A stretch of DNA of 64,000 bases from Octopus bimaculoides (taxonomy: Eukaryota): the NCBI RefSeq assembly GCF_001194135.2, contig NC_068994.1:31838949-31902948 (forward strand), in the 5' to 3' direction. Both the position numbers and the translations under genes were made by a program. Shown piece after piece: positions 23,471-37,080 of this stretch; position 1 is the first letter of the stretch, and each line of letters starts with the position of its first letter. Under the pieces are notes generated by a model that did no database searches, was not told where the DNA came from, and saw only the letters and a program-made list of their open reading frames with translations.

Positions 23471-25417
23471 AATTATTTTCTGGTGATTAAAATAACTCAT
23501 TTCTTTTTGTCCCTGAAGTGAAAATATGAAAAAAAAAACAAACAATAAATGAACAAAAAAAAAAATCAACAAACTACACACGGTTCTAATAAAAATTTAT
23601 TGTTTTATGACATCATGCATTTAAAAATTTTGGATTTTACTTATTTGTGTTTTTTAAATTTTTTTATTTTTATATTTATGCTTGCCTCAGAGGTCAGAAA
23701 TGTTAGAGTTTTAAACAAGATGGTTTGTGGTATTTACCATATTTGATGGCATAAAAGATGCATGAGCATATAAAGTGTGGCCCAATTTCAGAAGATCATA
23801 TTCAGGAAGAATGTTTTTAGTACATTAACCCTTTTGTTACCATATTTCTGTCAAAATATGCTGCCTTTGTTTCAGTTAATTCTTAAAATAATGAAGAATT
23901 TAGTAAAATAACTTTCTCATTATTAAACTAGGGTCTGGAACAAATTAGCATAAAGTTTTGATGGAAGATTATAATTTAGACTACTTTAAATCTGTAGGTT
24001 GCAATAATATTTAACCCTTTAGTATTCAGATTACTCAGTCAATTATTCACATTGTCTTGAATTAAGAATACATTATCTCATAACTTTGAGACTTCAATGA
24101 TGAGATTGTTTCTTTTACTATGACATTGTAGAGTAAGTGTGAAATGTTGGATCTGGCTAATTTAAACATAAAAGAGGCAGAATATTTTGGCCAGATATGG
24201 TTGGTTTGTATACTAAGGGGTAAAGGCAATTTTACATACAGGATCTGGGGTAATTTTTTGAGATATTTTTTCTGGAAAAAAAAGTGCATCTTTTATATGC
24301 CATCAAATATGGTATTTACAATCCTTTTCATACTGGTTTCAAATCCCACCAAGGTCAACTTTGTCTGTGATCCTTCCAGGGTTGATAAAATAAACACCAG
24401 TTAAATAGAGTCAATTTAATGAAATATATAACTGCTGTACTAATGAAGGAAATCCTAATTTACATCTAACTTTTTAATTGGCTTGGTCATCAAACTAGTT
24501 GTTTTTAATTAAGGTACAAGACCAACAATTTTGAGGAGAGAGGGTTAAACAATACCATCTACCTAGTACTTGTTTAAGTACCTTATTTGATCAACTCATG
24601 AAAGGATGTAAAGTAAAGTTGACTTTAGCATGGTTTGACATAATTTTAACTCAAAAAGTAAAGAAATTGAAGAAATACACTGGGCATTTTCCACCAACAC
24701 TTAATTGATTCTGCCAATTAACCACCTTTCCAGAAATAGTAATTAAAACACTTTTTGATTATCTGATAAAAAAACCCAAGTGCTGAAATCACTTCAGTAT
24801 AGCTGCCTCGAATATGTTGTTGATCAATGCTATTGCAGAGACAGTAACTTAACCACTTCTGCTGTGCCTGGGCTGTTTCCAGAAGGAAGTACCTTGCCTC
24901 ACCTACACTAATCATCTCTCCACTCATAGATATGCCACAAAAGTCAAGACATTCATAGCATCTATGGAGGTGCAGTGGGTGCCAGATATTGGTTACTTAT
25001 TTGTCTTAAGGTCCATTCTTCCAGATTTTCTGTAAGGTTTTAAATAGTCTAAAAATGCATCCTTCTTATATCATAGTCAAACCATTTCATTCTGTCCCTT
25101 CTGATTCTCTCATAATGGTAAATTTATGTGGGAGAATTTTTCTTATGGAAGTCTTTCTATGTTTCATAACCAATGGCCCTTGTCATGTGTTATAAACAGT
25201 TTCAAATAGCTACACCCCCAAAGTATGTACCTAGAGAAGGTATTTGTTTTATGGAAGGCTACCAATGTCATTGATCATGAGTTCATGTCTAGCCTGCTCC
25301 ACTTCCCTATGTTACTGATGTTGTTTAAGAGGAAGGCAAAGCTAATATAGTTTGTCAGTGAGGCCAAGCTGTCAGAATGTAGAAAGCCAAAGCAGAAACT
25401 GCAAAGTATCTTTCCAT

Positions 25418-25624
25418 TAAGGCGGCGAGCTGGCAGAAATGCTTAGCGGTATTTCGTCTGCTGGCTGCTACGTTCTGAGTTCAAATTCCGCCGAGGTTGA
25501 CTTTGCCTTTCATCCTTTCGGGGTCGATAAATTAAGTACCAGTTGCGCACTGGGGTCGATGTAATCGACTTAATGCCTTGTTTGTCCCCTCTATGTTTAG
25601 CCGATTGTGGGGAGTAGAGAAATA
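25418..25624 (+). mobile_element. Young family B SINE with perfect 24-bp TSD
   Basis: AGAAACTGCAAAGTATCTTTCCAT at 25394-25417 and 25625-25648; A box TGGCAGAA, B box GAGTTCAAATTCC. Confidence 0.95.
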
Positions 25625-26349
25625 AGAAACTGCAAAGTATCTTTCCATCTCCATCTGATACTAACAATTCCAATTCCATTAGTCTACCACTCTGGAATGG
25701 TGCTCATATGATACTCTTAGTATAGATCATAAAATAATTGCATTTCAAAATATTTCCCAAACCCTAGGCCTTGTAGTAAGTTGCTTAAAAAGAAGACCTC
25801 CATTACTGGTATATTACATTCACAACAGCACAAAGCCTAACATACAATTAAAGAGAGTGTCTCACTGGCAAGAGACAGAATCAGAGTCTACAGAGGACTG
25901 TTCAACTAAATCAAGTTAAAAAATGTTACATTAATTGTATTTCATTACAGCTGTTTCTGAGATACGTCACTTCTACTAATGGATAGAAGCATATTTATCT
26001 TTAGTTTAGAGTTGAACATACTATGAACATATCAAGGATTATAATATGCCTTGATGATGAGTGGGTCAAATGAATCAAAAACCTGTTGATATAAATACTG
26101 TGAAGAGACAAAATTAAATTTAGATGTAGGCATTTGGTCGGGGAGTAAATGTCCTACTACAGTCTGTCCCTTGTGTCAGGACAATTTATTTTTAATTTTG
26201 TAATTTAATTCAAAATGTAAAGAGGTTTTTCAGAGCAATCACATTATTTATATTTATGTTTTCACCTGTCATCTTGTTAAATGCCACTAACTGGCCTATG
26301 GGTAACTTTTGTAGAGTCTACTCTGTTGTAAGTGTTCATACCAGGGCAC

Positions 26350-27330
26350 TGATCTGAGGTCAACTTCCTCTGTCATTGTCTGCTGCATGTGCTGACAAAG
26401 CTCTTTCTGCTTCCCTCTAAATCAAGGGTTTGGTTCTACCCTTTACTCTCTTTCTTTTATACATCAATGACCTTCTTGCTGCTACATTCAACACCTACTC
26501 TCATGATTCTTCAATCCTCCCTAACCATGCATCGTTCATATGCAACCTAGACACCATACACCAAACCTGTGTTGATTCCACAAACAGAAACCTGGAGAAC
26601 ATCCACCTTTGTTGCTATGACAACCATATCTCTTTTGACAATGAAAAAATTCATGCACTACTTATATGAAAACACCATTGCATCACACCTGCTCTACACA
26701 CTCAGCTAGAGCCCTCACAATCACTCCAAATGTTGAGCCTTACTCTCAAGGATGTCTCCTGGAGAGAGAACACCCTTAGCAAAGCTAGAACTGCACCCCA
26801 GAGACTAGCCCTTCTCTTTAAGACCAGAAGATATTTCAACCTCCAACAGCTGCTGACACGCTATAAGGCTTAAACAAGGTCTACAGTAGAGTGCTACTCC
26901 ACATTTGGGCAGGTGCTAAGTTGCACATTCTGACATCCTGGACCATATCTAGAGACAGACCACTTGGCTGATTGGCACTCCATCACTAACAGACACACCC
27001 CAGCCTCTGGTTAACACATGTTCTATTTCCTTTCATTCTATTTTTGAGTGTGACTATTTTAGTGCTCAAAACTACTGAAGTGCAACTAGAGCTTTTCTTT
27101 CAAATGCTTCTTTTCTCCTAGGAGTTGGTTGGTTTTGAACCTCCATAGCTCAGGCATCCTTGATGCACTCATCTCCCCACTTTTCATCAATGTTGGTGTA
27201 TCAACCTCCTTTCTCTGCACTAGCAACTATTTTAAATCATTCCTTCACAAAACATAGGCCCACTGGAATCTCCTTCTTGCTCACATCTTTCTTGTAGGTG
27301 TTTTAAAGAACATTAACATATTAACAACAC
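26350..27330 (+). pseudogene. Decayed CR1/Jockey-group LINE reverse transcriptase 3' fragment
   Basis: Frame-broken translations: QG..VLPFTLFLLYINDLLAATFN; ..SW.ENTLSKARTAPQRLALLFKTRRYFNLQQLLTRYKA*TRSTVEC; SFLHKT*AHWNLLLAHIFL. These resemble RT motif PQGSVLxPxLFLLYINDL and the SFFPRT..LWNxLP terminus. Confidence 0.8.
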
Positions 27331-27597
27331 CAATCTCACTCATTGTGAAAGCTCTGTGAGAGGGTGAGGGTCATAGTCTCTGCACATTTCTCCAGACTCA
27401 GCAAGTAATAAAAAAGGAAGGAAGGATGCTGCACTCTGCAGACATTATTATAATTTCCAATGACAGATCATAATGTTCTAATACAAAATAGAATCAATAG
27501 AAATGTAAATATACATGAAAAAAAATGTCTTCCTTAAAAGCTTGTCTAATTAAATGTACAACCATTTACAGGATAACATTGGTAAGTACATCTTTAA

Positions 27598-28044
27598 TTT
27601 ATCTGCTTAAAGTGGAGGGAAGGGGTGTATGAGGGAAACCCAGGAAGATATGGGATGAAGTATTGAAAGCCAATCTCAAAACGCTGAACCTTACGAAGGA
27701 GATGACAGAGGACTGAGATTTGTGGTGCATTGCTGTACTTGAGAGTACCCGCCCACCACAACAGAATTTAGATCCTAACACCAAGGTGCTACATAAAAAG
27801 TGTTGGTTTTGGTGCTGGTGCCTTGTAAAAAGCACTGGTGCCACTTAAAAAGCACTGGTGATAATACCACATAAAAAGCATCCAGTACACTGTGGAGTGG
27901 TTGGCATTAAGAAGGGCATCCAGCTGTAGAAATCAAGTCTATGGAACCTGGTGCAGTCTCTGGTCTTACTAGTTCCTGTCAATCTGTCCAATGGATGCCA
28001 GCATGGAAAATGGACATTAAATGATGATGATGATGATGATGATG
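27598..28044 (+). mobile_element. RTE-clade LINE 3' fragment (second copy)
   Basis: LLKVEGRGV*GKPRKIWDEVLKANLKTLNLTKEMTED*DLWCIAVLEST, then the A tail and (GAT)n; colinear with 11235-11740. Confidence 0.88.
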
Positions 28045-28809
28045 ACAAGTGAACACTTTTATCAGTCTCTTTAAGTCTATTCTGTTTTCCAGAGAACCTC
28101 CGTATGGTTTGTGTAAAGCCACAAAAATGTTTTTTTATGTCACACACAAATCTTTTGTCTTTGGTAACTTTGGGGAAAGCAATATTGTGCTGCTCTGCAT
28201 TTTCAAATATCCTCTACTAAGTCCTGGTCCCACTTATTCCTATCTACTTCATATCTTGAAGGTCCATCCTGATGCCTCTCCACCACTATTTTTATATCTT
28301 TCCAGCTCTATCTGATCCCTCCCATTCAATGTAGCTTCTCTACAACAAGAAACCTCTTCTGTTCTGACCACTTCTCTCATACTTTTATCCATCTTTTCCC
28401 CCCCTCATCTCCTAGCATTAAGTTACCCATTTGAGGTTTGTAGTCTTGCAAGCTGCATGATGGCCTCACTTTTGCTGATAGCACAAAAAGGCACCCAATA
28501 CAGGCTGTAAAGTGGTTGGCATTAGGACATCAAACCTTAGAAAGCATAGCAAAATGAATAGTGGTGTATGATGCAGTTCTGGGACCCACTGGATCCTATC
28601 CAAGCCAAGCCAATGGAACATGGATATGCAATAATAAGATGAAGATTATACGAGTGAAGACTAACTGGGTTTGGTACAAAAAAAAAAAAAAAAAAAAATC
28701 CACCAGCAACCTTCACTGAATATTGGTCTCCATCCTTTCTAGTCAACAGAGGTTGTTCATTCAGTCAACTTTGGTGTGGACTGTTTGATTGCTTCTCACA
28801 CTTTTCCTT

Positions 28810-29462
28810 TTCATATTGGTTTAAAAGGCTAGCAATTTTGGGGGAGAAGGTAAGTTGATTACATTGACCCTCCCACCACTGATCAACTGGTACTTATTTT
28901 ATTGCATTCCCACCTTCGAATTGATGAATGGCAAAGTCAGCTTCATTGGAATTTGAACTCAGAACGTAAGTGTCCAATGTGCTAATACTTCTACTAGCTT
29001 GCCACCTCAACTTATTTTTTCTATGTTGGTTTCAAATTTTGGCACAAGGTCATCAATTTTGGGGTTGATTACATTGACCCCACTGATCAACTGGTACCTA
29101 TCTTATTGCACCCCATCTTCTGAATGGATGAATGGCAAAGCTGGCCTCTGTGAAATTTGAACTCAGAATGTAAAAACAGACGAACTGTTGCTGAGCATTT
29201 TGCTCATTGTGTTAATGATTCTACCAGCTTGCTGCCTTTTCATATTGGTTTAAAATTTTGGCACAAAGCCAGCAAGTTCAGGGGAAGGGGCTGAGTTGAT
29301 TAAATCTACCCCAGTGCTTGACTGGTACTTCTTTTATTGACTCCCAAAAGGATGAAAGGCAAAGTCAACCTTAGTAGAGTTTGAAGTCAGAATGTACAGA
29401 TAGATGAAATGCCACTAAGCATTTTGCCTGGCATGCTAACGATTCTGCCAATTTACCACCTT
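28810..29462 (-). mobile_element. Three head-to-tail family B SINEs
   Basis: Three repeats of ..TTGGTTT..AATTTTGG..AACTGGTAC..GGCAAAG..TTTGAACTCAGAA. Confidence 0.88.
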
Positions 29463-30199
29463 AATTTATCCTTTTCCTATTAATCACCAATTTAGTGCTA
29501 TTTCTAACTATACAAAGTTGCTCTATGTAGTTCTTAGACGGAATGAAACAACTTGGTGCAGATGTTTGGATACTGATGTTTTGGCATGGCAGATTGGAAA
29601 TTCAGTCAGTTTTGGCATCAGTACTTTTTGCTAATGGAGGCAAACACATACATATGCTGCATGCACAGATAGATAGAAATATGCAGACAGACAGAAAGGG
29701 GGAAGGGAGGGAGAGAGAGAGAGAGGGAGAGAGAGAGAGAAAGAGAGAGAAAGAGAGAGAGATGTTATACAATTTATTAATTGAACACAACTGACACAAA
29801 CACTTTCCCTCTCCTCATATACAAAATGAGAAATATACTCTCAGGGAGGGAGGGAGGGAAGGAGAGAGAAAGAGAGAGAGTGTGCGAATGAGTGATATGT
29901 TAAAACAACCAATGTCAAATAAGGTAGAGTTGAATCACTGACACCAAAATGGCTGTGCCAAAATGTTTTAGATCCATCAATCCAGAGCTTATCCCAATTG
30001 CCTAGTTACCACTTAATGATCATAAGCTCAACGTCCTAATAACTCAGTCACATGACTGTTTACTACCTTTATTCTTTATACAAACCACAACAAACTTTCA
30101 ATGTAGGTGAAATCTATACACATATCACACACCTGATCCTCCTCACCGGACATACATACATACATACATACATACATACATGCATACATACATGCATAC

Positions 30200-30272
<73 letters not shown>

Positions 30273-31639
30273 AACATACACATACACATATACAATATTT
30301 AAATATAAGGTACTAATCGTTTTATGCCATGGAAACTCAATAATTCAGCAGATTTATATAACATGCCTTGTATCTCCAAGCAATCTTTTCAGGCTCAAAT
30401 ACACATGATTGGACTTTCGAAAAATAGGATGCTGGTCTATGAGAAAACATAAAAAAAAAAATGAGGAGGTGGATGCAAGAGGTGGAATGAGAAAACAGGA
30501 GGTGAATAAAAATATAAAAAGGAAAGAAAAGAAAGAAACCCAAGAACTGCATCCCCTTTGTCCATTGAAATAATAATCTACCTTGTGTAGAATAATTCAA
30601 CAGAGAGGAAGCTGAAGTCTGTGAGGCAGCTGCTCGGTGTGGAGAAGGTAGTGTCCTCCAGTTTGACAAAACAAATTTATCCTTGTGCTTGCATTTGTTA
30701 AAAGTTTCTGATCTTGCATTTGCTAAAAGTTTCTGATTTGGAATTCTTGGATCTAAAAAGTATGTATGATCTTTCAGCTACACATAGTTGGTATGTCTGA
30801 TCCATTTGCACATCATATAGATTTCACCATGATGCTCCACTTCTCTGTATGTGGTCTGCTATTGGTCTTCAGGTGAGATCCCAGTGCTTAAATGGTATGA
30901 AAGGATGAAAGGCAAAGTCGACTTTGGTGAAATTTGAACTCAGAATGTAAAGCTGGAAGAAATGCTATTAAGCATTTTCTTTGGCATGATAATGATTCTA
31001 CCAGTTCACCACCTTATCTAATGATAACAACTTGTAGTACACAGAAATTCCATGGTAAATACGAAATTTTTTTAGATGGATGAAAGATTATATAAAATCA
31101 TAAAAAATAGTATTTCTTTTGAGATTGTATATTCTGCATTATTTTCATTAAAAATCAAAAGCCTTTCAGTTCTTCTGGATAAGGCTGTAATTAAGGGAGC
31201 ATGATTTTCCCATTCTCACAGAGGTTTGTTTATAAATCTGAGAGCTTCACAATGGTTAACAGAGAATATTCATGTCACCAATGTTGTAAATTTCAACCAT
31301 ATGTTTATAGTTTTTTTGACATTCTCTCTCATTTTTCTTTTCTTTTCTATCTTGAACATATTCTCTTATCTTTTGTAAATACTCACTGTATTCTCTTTGA
31401 TTCATATTTCCCCTTTTATGCTACTGTTACTTTGCTTGTTTTAGTGACTTAACCTTCTCACCTTATGTCATTACCATTACTGTCTCATTCTTTCTCTTGT
31501 TAGTTTACATTCTTTATCATCCATATTTTATTTACAAATATCAATTTTCATATGAGCAGACAAATAAATAATTGCACTTATGCACATCTGTTAAATGATG
31601 GGTGATCTAAATATTTAGTTCAATAAAAGAAATACAATT

Positions 31640-31691
31640 TTCACTGTTCACTGTTCAATCTTCACTGTTCACTGTTCAATCTTCACTGTTC
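31640..31691. repeat. 21-bp tandem repeat TTCACTGTTCACTGTTCAATC x2.5
   Basis: Exact units at 31640-31660 and 31661-31681. Confidence 0.95.
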
Positions 31692-32538
31692 CTAACCATG
31701 TGGTTAGGAAGCAAGCTTCTTGCCACACAGCTATGCCTGCACCTTCTCCAAACTATTTTAGTTTACATTGCTCTCAACATGTTCCAGACCTTTCTGTTTC
31801 CATGCAGCTTGTTTGTCCTTGCTCTCAACATTCTTGCTAACATGTATCTGCATCCTCCTCCACTTCCTTGATTGTCAGTGCACCAATTCAACTGACCTTT
31901 TACACTACTCTCAATAATGTCAGTTTTGGTGTTGCTATTGATCTTAACCATATAGTACTTATCCCTTCTTATGTGAATTTTAGCTTTTAAAATTGTTAAA
32001 ATTTACCTGACTTTAAGTAAGGGTGGAATTACAGAATGTATACCTTGGATTAGTGTGGTTATACTTTATAATTTCCATAATTAAAGAAATGTGTAATGAG
32101 TTTCTGGAGCATGATCGGTGCCTGTTTATATGTATATATGATGAATGTATACATCTGTCTGCATGTATATATAATCAATCTGTGTGTGTACGTGTGTATA
32201 CACACACACACAAATATACATTATATATATTTATATATATTCACATACGTATATGTGCATACGTATATATTCACATATATGGGTATATGCATACATATAA
32301 ATACACACACACACATACATATCACTCATAGAAACACACACATAAGCACACATGCACCCTCTCTTTCAAACGTGCACACACACACACACACACACACAGA
32401 GTGCTTATCAGTAAACGTCCATATATCTAACCAGCTGATGGTATCATCACTATCATTATCATCATCATTAACATCAACATTATCACTACTGTTGCCTTTG
32501 CTGCCACCACTTTTTTAGCATTTCTCATTTCTCATTTC

Positions 32539-32580
<42 letters not shown>

Positions 32581-33099
32581 TATGATATTTTTTTTTTTTA
32601 CGAGAAAGATTTATTATTTTATTAATTGCCAAGAGTAGAGTGCCAAGCTCACTTTCAGAAACCCTATGTGATATCACCATCTTTTCAGAATCTTTGACAA
32701 ATGGCAACCAGCTACCAAGTGTGTATGCATGTATATGTGTGTATGTATGTGTGTACATATGTGTGTATGTATGTGTGTGTGTATGGGAGGGGGGGCATCA
32801 ACTGAACTACAAGCCAAAAAAAAAAATGAAAGGAGTCTTGCTCATGTCTTGTTAAATTTTCTTGGTTTGCTTCTTATTTTCCTTTATTCATCATGTTTTT
32901 AGGGTTTTTTCTGTTTGTGTTTTCTTTGGTCTTAACACTGATTTCTACCTTTCATTTCATTGATTATTTTGGCGATGACAGTATGCTTCCAGTGTTGATA
33001 ATAATGGGGGCGAGGTAAGTTAAGAGTGAAGAGTGATAAGATATTTTGTAACCTCCTATATATTTTTCCCCACCACCATTTTTCCTGGTTTGCTTTAAC

Positions 33100-33176
33100 C
33101 TAAAATGAAAGCTATTAAGACGACGGACACAGTTCACTCCTTGTGGTTGACTTTCATAGGATTGCGTTCTCATCAG
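33100..33176 (-). CDS. Candidate 77-nt coding exon (L-MRTQSYESQPQGVNCVRRLNSFHF-R) of an unidentified gene
   Basis: Pyrimidine-rich acceptor TGTTGTTTCCCAAG|, donor TTTAG|GTTAAA, one open frame, unique CpG-containing sequence amid microsatellites. No homology recognised. Confidence 0.3.
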
Positions 33177-33416
33177 CTTGGGAAACAACACAGTGACTAT
33201 GACAAACACACCAATACCTATGCTAATATATATATATGTAGCTATGTGTATACATGTGTCTTTGTGTATACATGCATGCTCACATACGCAAACATTTTTT
33301 TCTCAAGAAACTAATGTAAAATATACATATGCCTGCATGTATGCACACACGCACACCCCCTTACACACACACACATGCATAAATACATGCAATGCTTGAA
33401 TCCATGAATGTGCATA

Positions 33417-33457
<41 letters not shown>

Positions 33458-33584
33458 ATAAAAATATTCATATACATACACATACAAACATGCATATTAT
33501 TCTTTCTAAATGCACCAAACATATACATACCTAAACACACCCATATATCATTCTTTCCATATCTATCAAGTATACATAAATACA

Positions 33585-33639
<55 letters not shown>

Positions 33640-34299
33640 NNNNNNNNNNNNNNNNNNNNNNNNNNNNNNNNNNNNNNNNNNNNNNNNNNNNNNNNNNNNN
33701 NNNNNNNNNNNNNNNNNNNNNNNNNNNNNNNNNNNNNNNNNNNNNNNNNNNNNNNNNNNNNNNNNNNNNNNNNNNNNNNNNNNNNNNNNNNNNNNNNNNN
33801 NNNNNNNNNNNNNNNNNNNNNNNNNNNNNNNNNNNNNNNNNNNNNNNNNNNNNNNNNNNNNNNNNNNNNNNNNNNNNNNNNNNNNNNNNNNNNNNNNNNN
33901 NNNNNNNNNNNNNNNNNNNNNNNNNNNNNNNNNNNNNNNNNNNNNNNNNNNNNNNNNNNNNNNNNNNNNNNNNNNNNNNNNNNNNNNNNNNNNNNNNNNN
34001 NNNNNNNNNNNNNNNNNNNNNNNNNNNNNNNNNNNNNNNNNNNNNNNNNNNNNNNNNNNNNNNNNNNNNNNNNNNNNNNNNNNNNNNNNNNNNNNNNNNN
34101 NNNNNNNNNNNNNNNNNNNNNNNNNNNNNNNNNNNNNNNTATATGCATATAAATGTTTATATAAGTATGCACATACAGACATAAGCATATGTATATATAC
34201 ATTTATATATGTATATTCATGTCTTAATATATATATATGTATTTATATACATATCTATATGCATATGTGTGTGTATGTGTGTATGTACATATTCAAATA

Positions 34300-34339
<40 letters not shown>

Positions 34340-35299
34340 TATATAATTGTTCCAACCATTTACCAATATATGGCTTTCTCTTACTTCATCCCAATCTTGG
34401 GTGTATGTGTGTGTGTGTGTATGAATGTGTTTTGATATTTTGACCAAGGAGAGAAAGGAGAGAGAGAGAGAGAGAGAGAATGTGTGTGTGTGTGTCTGTG
34501 TGTGTGTGGTGGAAAGAGAGAGAGGAAGGGAAGAGAGGGTTTTGTACATTTACATGCTTCGCAAGTAGCTTGGGTTGTGTGCGCATGAATATTTATGATC
34601 TGTTGTGGATGTAGTCACAAAGCTCAAACTTATTTTGTGTCTTACACACGTCATTATGTGAACACACACACACACATATCTATATGCACACATACACACA
34701 AAGACACACAGTTGTGTGTATGTGATAATGTGTGTGTATACAAATATATATATATATATATATATACAAATTATTTATCTATCTATATATACTAATACAC
34801 ATGCACACACAAAAACAAATATTTCTAAAAATTACATATATATATATATATATATATACCTTTTTTCTTAATATATTTGAAGTACATTTTCCAATTTTAG
34901 GAAAGTTTTGTTTGGTTTTGAAATTCTTCACTCCTACCCTCACCTAAAAATATATATAAACCTGCCCTAGTTATTAATTTGTCATTAGAACATCATTTTA
35001 CATGCTTCTTATTAGAGTGCAAAGACTTGTTTAACACCAGGTGAGACCTGATCTCATAGACATGATCATAGGGGTTCTAGTTGTTGCCATATACTTTTCA
35101 GGCATTGTACATCTACGATTGTATTGCAGAATATTTTCTACATATTTTAAAGACATTAGGGCATGATAAGAGAGATATTTGGTGTCTCTTTCTAGCAGGC
35201 CAATCATCCTGTTAGAGGGATCTTTTTCAGCTTGTATGTTAAGAATGTATATTTTCTCCAGATTATAGACCAAAATTTGAAAACAAAAGATACAAAATC

Positions 35300-35600
35300 A
35301 TCATCATCATAATCATCGTTTAATGTCCGCTTTCCATGCTAGCATAGGTTGGATGATTTGACTGAAGATTGGCAAACCAGTTGGCTGCACCAGGCTCCAG
35401 GAATCTGATCTGGCAGAGTTTCTACAGCCAGATGCCCTTCCTAACGCCAACCACTCCGAGAGTGTAGTGGGTGCTTTTATGTGCCACCAGCACGAGGGCC
35501 AGTCAGATGGTACTGGCAACGGCCATGCTCGAGTGGTGTTTCTTACGTGCCACCTGCACAGGAACCAGTCCAGCAGCACTGGCAACAACCCCGCTCGATA
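35300..35600 (-). mobile_element. Family A element with extended 5' part
   Basis: CATCGTTTAATGTCCGCTTTCCATGCTAGC..GATGCCCTTCCTAACGCCAACCACTCCGAGAG..GGTACTGGCAACGGCC. Confidence 0.9.
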
Positions 35601-36094
35601 TAATGTAATTATGTGTTTATAAAACACACACACACACACATCGTCATCATTATCATCATCATCATCATCATAAAGATCAGCTGCCCTGCTGATGTAAATA
35701 TCTCTGAAAATCAAAGAGAAAAAGGGTAACTACAGACAACTGCTTCAAAACCTTTAGCTTCAATACCCAGATTATAGATTAACATTGGGACCCATGGAAA
35801 TTCTTCAGTGCAAGTCAGCATATTTGAAAGCATAAATATATTCAACTCAAGCAAGGAATTTCAAAAAAATTCTCTTGAAATTGTGCCAGTTAATCAAAAC
35901 TGTACTTCCAAATATAATCAAAATGAACTTTAGGTATTGCTTATTTACCTCTTTTTCATATGCTTGACAGATATCAGATATAATGTGTTGTATAGGTTTA
36001 AGGAAATAAAAGATGAATTAGAATGACAAAACTTATTCATATATAAATATACATACATACATACATACATACATACATACATACATACACACAC

Positions 36095-36125
<31 letters not shown>

Positions 36126-36269
36126 NNNNNNNNNNNNNNNNNNNNNNNNNNNNNNNNNNNNNNNNNNNNNNNNNNNNNNNNNNNNNNNNNNNNNNNNNNN
36201 NNNNNNNNNNNNNNNNNNNNNNNNNNNNNNNNNNNNNNNNNNNNNNNNNNNCTCACACAGATCTCTATC

Positions 36270-36304
<35 letters not shown>

Positions 36305-36732
36305 ATAACTGCATTTTTCACCAAAGCTCAGTTCAAGTTATTTGCCAATTGAGATTATTTTCATTTCTTTTCATTTCACTTCAGTTAACTATCTATTTAT
36401 ATATTGATATATATCTCTTTTTGAATAACTATTGATATATCTGTAGACCACCCATCTGCCCATGATGATGATGATGATGATATATAACATCATCATCATC
36501 GTTTGATGTCCATTTTCCATGCTGCATGATTTGGATGGTTTAAAGGAACCAACAGGCTAGAAGACTGTACCAAGCCCCAGTGTCTGCTTTGGCATGGTTT
36601 TTAAGTCCGAATGCTCTTCCTGATGCCAACTACTTTACAGAGTGGGGGATAGTCAATCACATTGAACCCAGTGCTCAATGGGTACTTATTTCATTGACCC
36701 TGAAAGGATGAAAGTCTGCCAGCTGATTATCT

Positions 36733-36777
<45 letters not shown>

Positions 36778-37080
36778 CAATTTGTTATTGGCAACAGAAG
36801 TAGTATTGCCAATCCTGCTGGCTATTTGTGATGCCAGTGTTTTGTTTATCACTGTGTTTCTATATCAGTAGAGTCTATATTTCTCTTAGTATGCAGTTGG
36901 TAGTGGATATTTGGGACTGTTGACAAATATACAGAGATCTAGATTTAGCAATTTCATCACTGTTATTGGATGCTTTTCATCTGCTACTGATATTATTCTG
37001 TGCTTTTTAACATTAGACATCTAGACAAGATGATTTTTTGAGATGTATATTGCAGTTTTGTGGCTTTCTACAACATAAAT

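Noticed and set aside
24718-24990. Minus-strand ORF and GTAG|GTGAGG donor
   Set aside because: No recognisable homology or acceptor; it abuts a degenerate B SINE.
33011-33020. Perfect plus-strand donor CGAG|GTAAGT
   Set aside because: No convincing upstream acceptor or ORF; one or two such matches are expected by chance in 128 kb of strand sequence.
33145-33176. Hammerhead-like CTGATGA..GAAA on the minus strand
   Set aside because: The intervening GAACGCAATCCTAT cannot form stem II, and no matching stem III/NUH site is present.
35031-35273. 80-aa minus-strand ORF with normal composition
   Set aside because: No recognisable motif and only weak splice signals.
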